The notes: generated from the letters alone by a model not told the origin. Numbered from the stretch's first letter, positions 47,375 through 57,916 are shown. The stretch: DNA of 64,000 nt from Prosthecobacter debontii (GCA_945862245.1 CAMAXN010000004.1:442-64441), one strand, 5' to 3'. A program made the numbers and translations.

Positions 47375-48838
47375 CTAGGCAAGCGCTTCGGCAAACGCGG
47401 CGACAATCTTTTCCGGGGACTCTAAGCCCACAGAAATACGCAGCAAGTTCGCAGGGACGCCGCAGTTTTCTGTCCATTCCAGCTCTTGGTAATGAGCAAG
47501 AAGCGTATAGGGGGAGACCAGTGTGAAAGGCGTTCCGAAGGAAGGACCTTTGGAAAGTTTCAGCGCATCATAGACCTTTGGAGCTTTCTTCGGGTTCGCG
47601 AGAACTATGGAAAGAAGACCGCCGTAGCCTCCCTTTTTCCGCATGATCTGGGTGTAGTTTTCCGTCTGGGTGAGGGAGGGATGCCAGACGCTGGCGATGG
47701 CGGGGTGGGCTTTCAGGAAAGCGACGAGGGCGAGGGCGTTCGCGTTCACAATGGAGTTGAATTGTGCGTATCCCTTCATATTGGAAAGAAGTATCTCAGC
47801 ATCAGCAATGTACAGTGGAGCACACTCGGCAGAATCTTCAGCAAGCGGGCCTAGAAACTCGGATGCGAGTGGTGAATCGGCTCGCACTGTGGCAGCTCCG
47901 GCCATCACATCGCCCGCGCCGGATACCCATTTCGTAAGGGAAGAGGTGAGGACATCACAATGCGGCAGGACATCTACATTGAGCGGTCCAACGGCCGAAT
48001 CATCTAGGATCAGAGGGGTGTGAGAGCTGCGGCATACTTCGGCAAGGCGCGGGATATCGACAGTACGTAGCAGAGGATTGGATGGAACTTCCGTGAAAAC
48101 ACCCGCGAACTCACCTGTGCGAATGCGTCGCAGAGCTTCATCGAAGGATTCGCCTGAGGCCTCGTTTAGATATACAGCCCCGTTACCGAAGCGTTCTTGG
48201 ATTTTTAAGGTATCTACGTAGGGGAACTCAATCTGTAGGGTTTTTTTGCCCTCGCGGAGACCAGGAAGTGCGCGCAGGACGGACAGGGCAGCCGAGATAC
48301 CGCTGGCAAAAATGAAGATGTTCTCTGCAGCACCGGTATTGAGTTGTGCTAAGGCCCGGGCGACGAGATGAGACTTAGATCCCTCACGCAGAGTGCCATC
48401 GAGGTAATCCTGAGCTTGTCGAGAGGACACTCCTTCACCAGAAAAACGCCAATAGAGGTTGGCGAGCGACCTCGCTTTCTCAGGAAAAATGAGAGAGTGG
48501 AATCCGTGGTAAGAGGTGCTGCGGACGGCTGTTTCCGCCTGCCTTTCAAGCCAGCGGTGAGCTCGCTGCACCGAGAGCCGCGTGGGTAGCACAAGGACAT
48601 CCTCCGTATCGGAAGCCAGTTCCTTGCGCGCGTTCTCAAAGAGACGTTCGACAGTGGGGTGCTTGTAAAAACGGGGGTATCCGGTCCGCAGGCGGCGGAT
48701 GACTTTTTCGCGACCTTCTTCATAGCCAATCACCGAATCCCAGGTAGGGAGACAGACGGAGCAGGCATGGTTGGTATCTGGCAGAGGAACGCCGAGATCC
48801 TCCTCCAGCCAGGCAGGGTTTGCTAGGAGATCACGCAC
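47375..48838 (-). CDS. Cys/Met-metabolism PLP-dependent enzyme (cystathionine gamma-synthase-like) with an extra N-terminal region of roughly 150 aa
   Basis: 487 aa. PLP lysine SSLTKWVSG. N-terminus HACSVCLPTWDSVIGYEEG..GYPRF. Confidence 0.7.
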   Translation of the reverse strand: MRDLLANPAWLEEDLGVPLPDTNHACSVCLPTWDSVIGYEEGREKVIRRLRTGYPRFYKHPTVERLFENARKELASDTEDVLVLPTRLSVQRAHRWLERQAETAVRSTSYHGFHSLIFPEKARSLANLYWRFSGEGVSSRQAQDYLDGTLREGSKSHLVARALAQLNTGAAENIFIFASGISAALSVLRALPGLREGKKTLQIEFPYVDTLKIQERFGNGAVYLNEASGESFDEALRRIRTGEFAGVFTEVPSNPLLRTVDIPRLAEVCRSSHTPLILDDSAVGPLNVDVLPHCDVLTSSLTKWVSGAGDVMAGAATVRADSPLASEFLGPLAEDSAECAPLYIADAEILLSNMKGYAQFNSIVNANALALVAFLKAHPAIASVWHPSLTQTENYTQIMRKKGGYGGLLSIVLANPKKAPKVYDALKLSKGPSFGTPFTLVSPYTLLAHYQELEWTENCGVPANLLRISVGLESPEKIVAAFAEALA

Positions 48839-49009
48839 AAGCGCTAGATGGCCTGCGACGAGGCTTTGGGCAAGAATGATTTAACATCGATTTCACCCAT
48901 ACTGATATCTGTTTCTAAAAAAGTGGTACGTGGTTAATGCCGGGATTGTCCTTGTCACGAGGTTTACGCTGGTGAGAATCTACATCCTGCTCGGCGCGGG
49001 AGAGTAAGT

Positions 49010-50008
49010 ATGTGCGGAAACGAGAATCATAAATTGGCGGAACTTTTTGCCGAATTCAGCGATGTGGTGGCGGGACACTCGAGCTTTGTAATCATGAGCC
49101 ATATCCGGCCTGACGGGGATGCAATCGGTTCGCAGGTGGCACTGGGCTTCGCGCTCATGGCATTGGGAAAAACAGTGTATATGGTCAATCAGGACCGTTT
49201 ACCGGAGAGTATGACTTTCATGACAGGTTCAGAAAAAGTCATGACCCCGCCCGCCGAGCCTCTGGATATAGAAGTAGCCATCGCGCTGGACACCGCGACA
49301 AAGCAGCGGCTTGGCGAGAGTGCCCTGCTAGCCGCGAGTAAGGCGAAGTTCTGGGTGAACATCGACCACCACATTTCTAATCCGGCTTACGGTGATCTGA
49401 ATATCATTGACGTTGCCAGTCCCGCCACGGGCCAGATTGTTTACCAACTGATACGCTTTCTGGACATGCCTTTTCCTGCGGAGACACGGGATGCGATCTA
49501 CGTCGCAGTTTCCACCGACACCGGATCTTTCCAATACGGTTCGACGACAGCCGCGACTTATGAACTCGGTGCGGATCTGATCCGCCGTGGCCTCGATGTC
49601 GGAAAAATCAATGCGGATATCTATAATAACCATCCGTTCCGCCGAGTGGAGTTGATACGCGAGTTGCTCAACACTCTGGAGCTTTCCACCGATGGAAAGC
49701 TAGCAAACTGGCAGTTGCACAATGCCGTGCGGCTCAAGCTCGATCTCCAACCAGATGACAGCGAGGGATTGATCGACATGATCCGTGCCGTGAAGGGTGT
49801 AAAAGTCGCGGTGTTTTTTGAGGAACTAGAGGTTGGTGAGATACGTGTTTCCATGCGATCAAAAGACATCAGCGTTAATGTTTGCGACGTAGCGCTGAAG
49901 TTCGGCGGCGGCGGGCACGCGCTTGCGGCGGGCATCCGGATGTCAGGTCCGCTGGAAGATGCGAAAGCGAAGGTGCTGGCTGCACTAAGCGAGGCAATCA
50001 ATAATTGA
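49010..50008 (+). CDS. nrnA: DHH/DHHA1 bifunctional oligoribonuclease/pAp phosphatase
   Basis: 332 aa. HIRPDGDAIGS, IDHHISN, GGGGHALAAG. Confidence 0.85.
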   Translation: MCGNENHKLAELFAEFSDVVAGHSSFVIMSHIRPDGDAIGSQVALGFALMALGKTVYMVNQDRLPESMTFMTGSEKVMTPPAEPLDIEVAIALDTATKQRLGESALLAASKAKFWVNIDHHISNPAYGDLNIIDVASPATGQIVYQLIRFLDMPFPAETRDAIYVAVSTDTGSFQYGSTTAATYELGADLIRRGLDVGKINADIYNNHPFRRVELIRELLNTLELSTDGKLANWQLHNAVRLKLDLQPDDSEGLIDMIRAVKGVKVAVFFEELEVGEIRVSMRSKDISVNVCDVALKFGGGGHALAAGIRMSGPLEDAKAKVLAALSEAINN

Positions 50009-50021
50009 TTTTAATAACTAG

Positions 50022-50756
50022 ATGAGAGACAAACCACAGGAATATACAGGTCCAAGCGGAGTGCTACTCGTAGACAAAGCACCAGATATGACTTCCCACG
50101 ATGTGGTGGCAATCGGTAGGCGGGCGCTCAATACCAAAAAAATCGGACATTGCGGAACGCTCGATCCGATGGCCACAGGTTTGTTAATGCTCGTAGTCGG
50201 CCGCGCGACAAAGATCCAGGATCTGCTGATGAGCGAGGACAAGGTTTATGAAGGCACTCTGACGCTCGGCACCCGCACTAGCACCCAGGACAGGGAAGGG
50301 GAGGTGGTTGAGACGCGTGATGTCGGTAGTTACTCCGAAGCTGAGATCAAGTCAGCGTTCGAGAGCTTCAATGGGGAATTTGAACAACTCCCGCCGATGG
50401 TTTCCGCAATCAAGATGGATGGAGTGCCGCTCTACAAGCTCGCACGCAAAGGGCAGGAGGTAGAGCGCAAGCTTCGCCCGGTTCGCGTAACGGGTTACGA
50501 GATTACACGGGTCGCGCTACCGGAAATTGATTTCCGCGTGGAATGTTCGAAAGGCTTCTACGTTCGCACATACGCGAACGACATTGGCGAGAAGCTTGGT
50601 TGCGGTGCACATCTGAGCGCATTAAGGCGAACAAACTCAGGAAAATTCAATCTCGACCGCTCGGTGACCGTGGCGCAGCTCAAAGAGGTAAATCCTGAAA
50701 TACTAATGAAAGCGCTAATTTCACTGGCAGAAATTTCCTTAATGCGCGGGGCCTGA
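50022..50756 (+). CDS. truB: tRNA pseudouridine(55) synthase
   Basis: 244 aa. GHCGTLDPMATGLL. Confidence 0.9.
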   Translation: MRDKPQEYTGPSGVLLVDKAPDMTSHDVVAIGRRALNTKKIGHCGTLDPMATGLLMLVVGRATKIQDLLMSEDKVYEGTLTLGTRTSTQDREGEVVETRDVGSYSEAEIKSAFESFNGEFEQLPPMVSAIKMDGVPLYKLARKGQEVERKLRPVRVTGYEITRVALPEIDFRVECSKGFYVRTYANDIGEKLGCGAHLSALRRTNSGKFNLDRSVTVAQLKEVNPEILMKALISLAEISLMRGA

Positions 50757-50762
50757 ATTCCT

Positions 50763-51689
50763 ATGCTGATTAGGATCGACAGGTTGGAGCAATTGGCAGC
50801 AGTGGATGAGCCGCTGCACCTTGCACTCGGCGTTTTCGATGGGGTTCATATGGGTCACCAGGCAGTGATCAAGCGTGCGGTGGACGCCGCAGCAGGAGAC
50901 GGTGGAAAATCCTTTGTTATCACCTTTTCCCCGCATCCTATCCGAGTCATCGCGCCCGAGAAAGCGCCCACCGCGCTGCTTGCCACGCTGGATGAAAAAG
51001 TGGTTGTGATAAAGGAACTCGGCGTGGACGGCTTGCTTGTAATCCATTTCGACATGGTATTCGCGAGTATAGCGGCGGAGGAATTTGTCAGGAAACTTTG
51101 CGCCGGTAACGTAAGAACGATTGCGGTAGGTGTGGATTGGAGATTCGGTAGCAACCGTTCTGGTGATGTCCCGATGCTCCGCGCGATAGGTGATGAACTC
51201 GGCTTCCATTTGGAGGCCGTTTCGCCGGTGATGTGGGATGGAGAGAGAATCAGTAGCACCCGCATACGCCAAGCGATACGTGACGGTAACTTTACCGCAG
51301 CAGGAGAAATGCTCGGGCGGCCCTACGAACTACGCGGAATCGTGATCGAAGGCAGAAAGCTTGGTCGAGAGATCGGCTTTCCCACTGCAAACCTGCACGT
51401 TGGCGAGCGCCAGTTACCCTCCGACGGGGTATGGGCGGTGACGGTAGATGACACACTCAAAGGAGTTGCGAACCTCGGTATGCGACCAACCATCAATGGC
51501 TCGGAAAGACTTCTTGAGGTACACCTTTTCAATTTTTCTGGTGATCTTTATGGCAAGGAATTAAGAGTCCGCTTTGTCAAGTTTCTCCGTGCCGAGAAAA
51601 AGTTCGAATCGGTGGAGAAGCTAACGGAGCAGATTGCAGAGGATGCGGCGCAGGCACGGCGCTGGTTTGCTACTATAAGCTCTCCTTGA
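50763..51689 (+). CDS. ribF: Bifunctional riboflavin kinase/FMN adenylyltransferase
   Basis: 308 aa. GVFDGVHMGHQ, GFPTANL, and RFVKFLRAEKKF. Confidence 0.9.
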   Translation: MLIRIDRLEQLAAVDEPLHLALGVFDGVHMGHQAVIKRAVDAAAGDGGKSFVITFSPHPIRVIAPEKAPTALLATLDEKVVVIKELGVDGLLVIHFDMVFASIAAEEFVRKLCAGNVRTIAVGVDWRFGSNRSGDVPMLRAIGDELGFHLEAVSPVMWDGERISSTRIRQAIRDGNFTAAGEMLGRPYELRGIVIEGRKLGREIGFPTANLHVGERQLPSDGVWAVTVDDTLKGVANLGMRPTINGSERLLEVHLFNFSGDLYGKELRVRFVKFLRAEKKFESVEKLTEQIAEDAAQARRWFATISSP

Positions 51690-51787
51690 TCTCCATAAAG
51701 GAATCTGATCGTGATGTCACGATTGGCTGCTTACACAAGCCAACCATGCAAAAAGCCAGCCAGAGGAGCGGCTTTCCATAAAGCCTG

Positions 51788-54700
51788 TCAGAGGTTGTCA
51801 GCACTTTCGACTTTCTTAGGTGCGGCTTTTTTGGCGGGTTTTGCCGCAGCCTTGGCCTTCTCCTTTTCCTCGTCCATCTCATCGTCGTCGATGGTGTGGG
51901 TGAGGATGAATTGGAGATCGTCGATGCCGAGGTTGGAGGCAAAGCCCTCATCCCCAAGTACGTTGGTGACGAGCTGCGTCTTCTGATGTTGGAGGATACG
52001 GATTTTTTCCTCAACGGTGTCGCGCGTGAGAAGACGGTATGCGATGACTTTGTTCTTCTGGCCGATGCGGTGTGTCCGGTCGATGGCTTGGTTCTCCACG
52101 GCGGGGTTCCACCACGGATCGTAGAGGATGACGTAGGAGGCGGACGTCAGGTTGAGTCCCGCACCGCCGGCTTTCAGCGAGAGCATGAAGACGGAAGGTT
52201 CCTTGGTGGTCTGGAAACGCTCGATTTCACCTTTTCGGTCCTTTGTTTGTCCAGTGAGGTAATGGAAGGGGCGGGCATCGAGTTCGAGGCGCGCTTTTAT
52301 GAGGTCGAGCATCGAGACAAACTGGGAGAAGACTAGCACCTTATGGCCTTCCTCGTGGAGTTGATCGAGTAGGTAGAAAAGGGATTCCATTTTGGCGGAT
52401 TCCTCCTTGAGGTATTTAGGATCAATGAGCCCGGGATGGCAGCAGATCTGGCGGAGCCGCATGAGTCCCTGGAGGATGGCGAAGGAGTTTTTCTTCACCG
52501 CCTCATCGGAATCTAGGCCAAGCAGGGCTTTCTGTATGCGCTTGAGCTCGTTCTTGTAGAGTTCGACTTGGACGCCTTCCATCTTGGAATAGACCTCTTC
52601 CTCTGTCCTTGGCGGGAGATCCTGCGCGACCTGTAGTTTTGTCCGGCGGAGTAGGAAAGGACGCAGACGTGAAGCAAGACGCTGTTGGGAAAGAGGATCT
52701 TTACGTTTGTCGAAACGCTTTTTGAAGTAGGCACGGGAACCGAGTACGCCAGGCATGGCAAAGGCCATGAGAGACCACATATCGAGCAAGCGGTTTTCAA
52801 TGGGCGTACCAGTGAGGACGAGGCGGTTCTGGGAGTTGAGTTCACGGGCGCACTTTGCAGCCTTGGAGTCGGGGTTCTTGATCTGCTGTCCTTCGTCGAG
52901 AATGGTGGTGAGCCATTTGATTGCTGAGAGTTCCTCACCACAGACGCGGAGCTGTGCGTAGTTCAGAACCAGCATGTCAATGTTGTTCTGGATGTGATTC
53001 ACATTGATGTCGTCGCGGTTCTTGAGGATTTTGACGCGGAGCTGCGGGCAGAATTTCTCGGCCTCGGAATACCAGACATCGAGCACAGATTTCGGGCAGA
53101 CGATGAGTGCGGGCTTGTGCTGTGCCCCGGTGTCCTTGTGCTTTTGGAAAAGCCAGAGGAGGTAGGTGAGGGATTGGATAGTTTTTCCGAGACCCATGTC
53201 GTCGGCGAGAATACCACCGAAGCTATTTTCTGATAGATAGGCGAGGAAATGGAATCCGTCGATCTGGTAGGGGCGCAGCGTGGCGTCCAATCCGGCGGGG
53301 AGGTCGGGTGTTACTTCTAGCTTGATATCGTTGGCGCGGTTTTTGATGCGCTCCCATGCCTTGGGATCGAAGACCTCGGCGGCCTTGGGATCGGCGAGTT
53401 GGAGGGCGTGCATGCGGTGGGTCTCACCGGAAAGGTCGAAGGGATCCAGCCCGAGGCGAGTGACAGCTTCGCGCTGGTCAGCATTGAGTTTGATTTCTAG
53501 GCGCATCCAAGTGCCGTCGTCCATCCGGACATAACCTCCGCGTGCGGCGACAAGCTGGCGAATCTGCGCTTTGGAAAGGTTCGCGCCTTGGACGTCGATT
53601 ACGATGCGGAGATCAAACCAGTCGATGTCCTGGCCGACAACTTCAAATCGTATGGCTGCAGTAACAGGATCGTTGAGAATCGATTTCAGGCGAAGGTCGA
53701 TATCGAGCTCGATTTCCGGTGGCATAGCACGCACCCAATCTGCGAATTTTTCTGGGAACTGTTTGGTGATTCGTGATTTGAAGGAGACGAGTTTTTCATC
53801 ATACGCGAGGGTCATTTCATCGAGAATGGGTGTGATGAGATGAAGAGGCTCGCGGGCGAACCGAAGGAGTTGCCTGCCCTTGACTGCCTGCTGCTCGACA
53901 AGCTCCCAACCGTCCTTGGTGAGGCGCTCGGTGCGGCGGCCTTTCGTTTCGATTGCGGTTACATCCACGACGAGGTGCTCGGTCTCGGCGGCGGTAAGAC
54001 CGGCGATGAGTTTCATCTCCAGCTTCGGCTTCAGTTCAAGATCGGTAACGCGTTTGACAAGGGATTCCGGCAAGGAAGCTCCTATTTTGCGAAGGAATTC
54101 CACACCCTCTAGGGAGTCAATCACTTTTCTAGGAATTAGATAGCGAGGCATGACCTCGGTTTCCTCAAGCCAGCGCGGGGGACCAGGGAAAACCGTTTCG
54201 TCAGATTGATAGAACTCTTTGCGGCCGGGCAGGAGGCGGACGGAGTGGGAGACATTTTCTCCAGAGGCCGTGACGAGTTGGAGGGCGAAGGAGTTGGGAT
54301 CGAAGGGCTCATCCTCGCAGATCCAAGAGAGAGCTTCTTCGGAGACGCGGAAGGGTCTCTCGTCGAGGTTGACAAGGTAGCCAAAGAGAGCGGGTTGCTG
54401 GAACACGCGGTTCATGAATTGGCAGGATTCCTTCTGGTCGAAATCGAGGGTGGTATCGCCGTGCTTGCGGTAGAAAGCGAGATAATGCTCCCACAGTGTT
54501 TGTGATGAGGCATCCATTAGGAGTGCGCCTTCTTGATGGAGGGAAATGTATCGCTCGATATCAGATTTCTCTCGGAGTTGATTATATTGGGCCTCTGGAC
54601 GGCTCTCACGGACTTCCATACGCGCCTCGTTGATGGTGGCGACAAGGCGGAAGGCGACGGTCAGTGATGCATCCTGCGGAGGGCGCTCGTTGACTTGTTC

Positions 54701-55381
54701 GATGCGTTCATACCACGAAGCGATCTCGCGCTCCTGCTCCCACTCCGCCATTTTTTTCTGCACCGAGGCAAGGTCCGTGATGACGGACATAAACTCGGGA
54801 TATGGGAGTTTTCGTTTGTAGAAGGCGTAGGCGAGGAAGTTCCAGAACTCTAGGATATCGCTGGGAGGCACCGGCCACAGTTCGAGTGGTTCATAGGTAT
54901 TGATATCCCAGCGCGGGTTGATGCGAACCATATCATGGTCGTGGAGTTCGCCTTCAATCACGAAGCGGCGATAGCGCTTTTCGATTTTCGTGACGTATTC
55001 GGCCTCTTTGTCATCGAGTTCACGACCAAGCTTTTCCTCGATGATATCAAGAACAGGTGTGTCATCAAATTCATTAGGCGATTCCGGGAGATCTTCCCCG
55101 CGGTGCATTCGTTCCATCATCGTGGCAAATTGGCAAGCGCCAGATACGAGGTCGTCCTCGGCGGTGCAGGATCCGAACCAGCGGTTACCCTGAAGGCGCA
55201 GGGATGTGCGGTAAGTGCCTGACTCGTCCTCGACGCGACCTTGGATAAAAAGATGATTACCAAAAATCTGTGTTACGGCTCCGTCATTCTGAAGCATGGC
55301 ACCGCGTTTACGTGCTTCTTCCGGGAAGGAGTTCAAAAAATTCAGAGTAGCGCGATCAGGATTCATAAGATTAGCGGGCAA
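51788..55381 (-). CDS. SNF2-family helicase/translocase with an N-terminal extension of roughly 700 aa and a K/A-rich C-terminal tail
   Basis: 1197 aa. ILADDMGLGKTIQ, ILDEGQQIKN, DPWWNPAVENQAIDRTHRIGQ. Tail is EKEKAKAAAKPAKKAAPKK. Confidence 0.85.
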   Translation of the reverse strand: MPANLMNPDRATLNFLNSFPEEARKRGAMLQNDGAVTQIFGNHLFIQGRVEDESGTYRTSLRLQGNRWFGSCTAEDDLVSGACQFATMMERMHRGEDLPESPNEFDDTPVLDIIEEKLGRELDDKEAEYVTKIEKRYRRFVIEGELHDHDMVRINPRWDINTYEPLELWPVPPSDILEFWNFLAYAFYKRKLPYPEFMSVITDLASVQKKMAEWEQEREIASWYERIEQVNERPPQDASLTVAFRLVATINEARMEVRESRPEAQYNQLREKSDIERYISLHQEGALLMDASSQTLWEHYLAFYRKHGDTTLDFDQKESCQFMNRVFQQPALFGYLVNLDERPFRVSEEALSWICEDEPFDPNSFALQLVTASGENVSHSVRLLPGRKEFYQSDETVFPGPPRWLEETEVMPRYLIPRKVIDSLEGVEFLRKIGASLPESLVKRVTDLELKPKLEMKLIAGLTAAETEHLVVDVTAIETKGRRTERLTKDGWELVEQQAVKGRQLLRFAREPLHLITPILDEMTLAYDEKLVSFKSRITKQFPEKFADWVRAMPPEIELDIDLRLKSILNDPVTAAIRFEVVGQDIDWFDLRIVIDVQGANLSKAQIRQLVAARGGYVRMDDGTWMRLEIKLNADQREAVTRLGLDPFDLSGETHRMHALQLADPKAAEVFDPKAWERIKNRANDIKLEVTPDLPAGLDATLRPYQIDGFHFLAYLSENSFGGILADDMGLGKTIQSLTYLLWLFQKHKDTGAQHKPALIVCPKSVLDVWYSEAEKFCPQLRVKILKNRDDINVNHIQNNIDMLVLNYAQLRVCGEELSAIKWLTTILDEGQQIKNPDSKAAKCARELNSQNRLVLTGTPIENRLLDMWSLMAFAMPGVLGSRAYFKKRFDKRKDPLSQQRLASRLRPFLLRRTKLQVAQDLPPRTEEEVYSKMEGVQVELYKNELKRIQKALLGLDSDEAVKKNSFAILQGLMRLRQICCHPGLIDPKYLKEESAKMESLFYLLDQLHEEGHKVLVFSQFVSMLDLIKARLELDARPFHYLTGQTKDRKGEIERFQTTKEPSVFMLSLKAGGAGLNLTSASYVILYDPWWNPAVENQAIDRTHRIGQKNKVIAYRLLTRDTVEEKIRILQHQKTQLVTNVLGDEGFASNLGIDDLQFILTHTIDDDEMDEEKEKAKAAAKPAKKAAPKKVESADNL

Positions 55382-55559
55382 TAGTCATTTCAAATGCCGG
55401 AGTTGTGTTATATGATGGTTTATTGCAATCGTGCAATAGGAAGTTTCACTCGGGATGATGATCTATCTGATATTTTTTCATTCTTCACTTCCATCTAGGT
55501 CAATCTGAGTTCATCTGAATCCAGACAGGTTTTCCTGCATTAACCGTAAACACTAGACT

Positions 55560-56108
55560 ATGACTGACATCAAAATCACACTACATACCACCGCTGGCGA
55601 CATTGCCGCGACCTTCTATGCCTCCAAGGCGCCGATGACCTGCGCGAATTTCCTCAATCTCGCGAAGCGAGGCTACTACGATGGCATTGCGTTTCACCGC
55701 GTGATCGAGGGCTTCATGCTACAGGGCGGCGATCCCACCGAGTCTGGTCGTGGCGGCCCGGGCTATAAATTCGGAGATGAATTCCACTCGGATCTGCGTC
55801 ACCGTAGTCCTGGGGTCTTCTCCATGGCTAACGCTGGCCCGGGTACTAACGGTTCTCAGTTCTTTATCACCACTACCCCGACACCATTTCTCGACAACCG
55901 CCACTCGGTATTTGGACAAGTCACTGATGGACTAGATATTGTAGCTAAAATTACGGGAAAAAACAACACTGGGGAACGTGGCTGTAAATTTAACGGAGTC
56001 GGCGATAAAATCACCTCCATCACCATCCATGATGATACCGCAGATCTATTTGAATCTCAAAAGGACAATATCGAGCACTGGAACAGCATTCTCGATAAAG
56101 CTAAATGA
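55560..56108 (+). CDS. ppiB: Cyclophilin-type peptidyl-prolyl cis-trans isomerase
   Basis: 182 aa. [31 protein letters not shown]. Confidence 0.88.
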   Translation: MTDIKITLHTTAGDIAATFYASKAPMTCANFLNLAKRGYYDGIAFHRVIEGFMLQGGDPTESGRGGPGYKFGDEFHSDLRHRSPGVFSMANAGPGTNGSQFFITTTPTPFLDNRHSVFGQVTDGLDIVAKITGKNNTGERGCKFNGVGDKITSITIHDDTADLFESQKDNIEHWNSILDKAK

Positions 56109-56207
56109 ATCATTCGTTCAAATCACTCTCACTCCAAAGTAAATCGTGAATGAGTCTCCTCCGCCTTCTTTCCTTGAGCTTTAGTTTTTTTTTATCAGAC
56201 TCTTGTT

Positions 56208-57185
56208 GTGCTGCTTGACGTCAAAAATCTTTCTACTCGATTCCATACCCGTAACGGTATCGTCCATGCGGTAGAGGATGTTTCTTTTTCTCTAGAGAAA
56301 GGGAGGACGCTCGGTATCGTTGGCGAATCGGGATCCGGGAAATCGGTGACTTGCTACTCGCTGCTCGGGCTGTTGCCCATGCCTCCTGGAAAAATTGAGA
56401 GCGGCACTGCAATGTTCAGCGGCATCGATCTCTTGAAAGTCAGTGAAAAGGAATTGCTGAAAATTCGCGGCAGGCGGATCTCTATGATTTTCCAAGATCC
56501 GATGACCTCGCTGAACCCGTTCATGCGCATCCGCGACCAGCTCACCGAGCCGCTGGAGCTGCATGAAAACCTGCGCGGAAAGGCGGCGCTCACCCGCGCC
56601 ATTGATGCGCTGGCGGAGGTCGGTATCCCTGATCCCGAAAAACGCATCAACTCCTATCCCCACGAGTTTTCCGGCGGCATGCGCCAGCGGGTGATGATCG
56701 CCATGGCACTGATCACCAAGCCCGAGCTCCTGATTTGCGACGAGCCGACCACTGCCCTCGACGTTACCGTCCAGAAGCAGGTGCTCGACCTAATCCGCGA
56801 CCGCCAGCGCGAATTAGGCACCGCTGTGATTTTCATTACACACGATCTCGCTGTGGTTTCAGAAATGTGCGACACAATTAACGTGATGTATGCTGGGCGC
56901 ATCGTAGAGAGCGCTGCCCGCGCCGATCTTTTCAGTAAGCCGCTTCATGCCTACACGCGTTCGCTCTTGAAATCGATCCCCGCCGCCCAGCCGAAAGGTC
57001 AACCGCTGATCAGCATCCCCGGACTCCCGCCTAATCTCGCGAACCCACCGAAAGGCTGTGCCTTCCAGCCTCGTAATTTGATTGGTGATGCGAAACTCTG
57101 CTACACAGAACATGCGCCGGAACTCGTCGAGATCAAGCCGGGGCATTACGCACAGAATTGTCCAGGCTGCCTAGCCAGTGCATGA
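56208..57185 (+). CDS. Oligopeptide/dipeptide-type ABC transporter ATP-binding protein (OppD/DppD-like). No permease gene is adjacent.
   Basis: 325 aa. GESGSGKS, FSGGMRQR, LLICDEPTTALD, and a C-terminal oligo_HPY-like Cys-containing tail. GTG start. Confidence 0.85.
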   Translation: MLLDVKNLSTRFHTRNGIVHAVEDVSFSLEKGRTLGIVGESGSGKSVTCYSLLGLLPMPPGKIESGTAMFSGIDLLKVSEKELLKIRGRRISMIFQDPMTSLNPFMRIRDQLTEPLELHENLRGKAALTRAIDALAEVGIPDPEKRINSYPHEFSGGMRQRVMIAMALITKPELLICDEPTTALDVTVQKQVLDLIRDRQRELGTAVIFITHDLAVVSEMCDTINVMYAGRIVESAARADLFSKPLHAYTRSLLKSIPAAQPKGQPLISIPGLPPNLANPPKGCAFQPRNLIGDAKLCYTEHAPELVEIKPGHYAQNCPGCLASA

Positions 57186-57232
57186 CAGAAATTTTCGATT
57201 GTGCTATCTGAATCAAGCGTAGAGATAGGGGT

Positions 57233-57916
57233 GTGACGAATTACATAATCATTTTTCTCAGCTTGACTGGCGGTTTTTTGCCTGCTGCCGAAAAAATTTC
57301 TCTTTTTAACGGCAAAGACCTCACCGGCTGGTATGCCGATATCCCCGCAGCCGATGACAAGGAAGAGAAGAACCCGAGTTTCATTGTCCGCGACGGAAAG
57401 CTGGTTTCGCTCGGCAGTCCGGGCGGTCACTTGATCACCGAAAAGGAATATTCGGACTACAAGCTCACGGTGGAATACCGTTTTGCGGCGCAGCCCGGCA
57501 ACTGCGGGGTTCTGATCCATGCTTCGAAGCCTCGTGCGCTTCAAGATATGTTTCCACAATCCATCGAGGTGCAAATGATGCACAACAGCGCCGGGGATTT
57601 CTGGTGTCTCCAAGAAAACATCGAGGTTCCAGATATGGAGAAACGTCGCCCACATAAGGAAGGCCAGAATTTCGGTGGGGGAGAGGAGGACGCGCGTCAT
57701 ATACTCAACCTCACGGATCACTCCGAGAAACCGGTCGGACAATGGAATGTGATGTCCATAGAGGTACGTGGAGGTGAAATTATTGTCCAAGTCAACGGCG
57801 ACCTAGTAAACCACGGCAAAAACGCCACCGCTACAAAAGGCAAGATCGCACTTCAGTCCGAGGGCTCGGAAGTTGAGTTCCGCAAGGTGGAGCTGACGCC
57901 GCTGGCGAAGGACTGA
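57233..57916 (+). CDS. DUF1080 (3-keto-disaccharide hydrolase fold) secreted protein
   Basis: 227 aa. LFNGKDLTGW, FIVRDGKLVS, YSDYKLTVEYRF, GKIALQSEGSEVEFRKVEL. Confidence 0.8.
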   Translation: MTNYIIIFLSLTGGFLPAAEKISLFNGKDLTGWYADIPAADDKEEKNPSFIVRDGKLVSLGSPGGHLITEKEYSDYKLTVEYRFAAQPGNCGVLIHASKPRALQDMFPQSIEVQMMHNSAGDFWCLQENIEVPDMEKRRPHKEGQNFGGGEEDARHILNLTDHSEKPVGQWNVMSIEVRGGEIIVQVNGDLVNHGKNATATKGKIALQSEGSEVEFRKVELTPLAKD

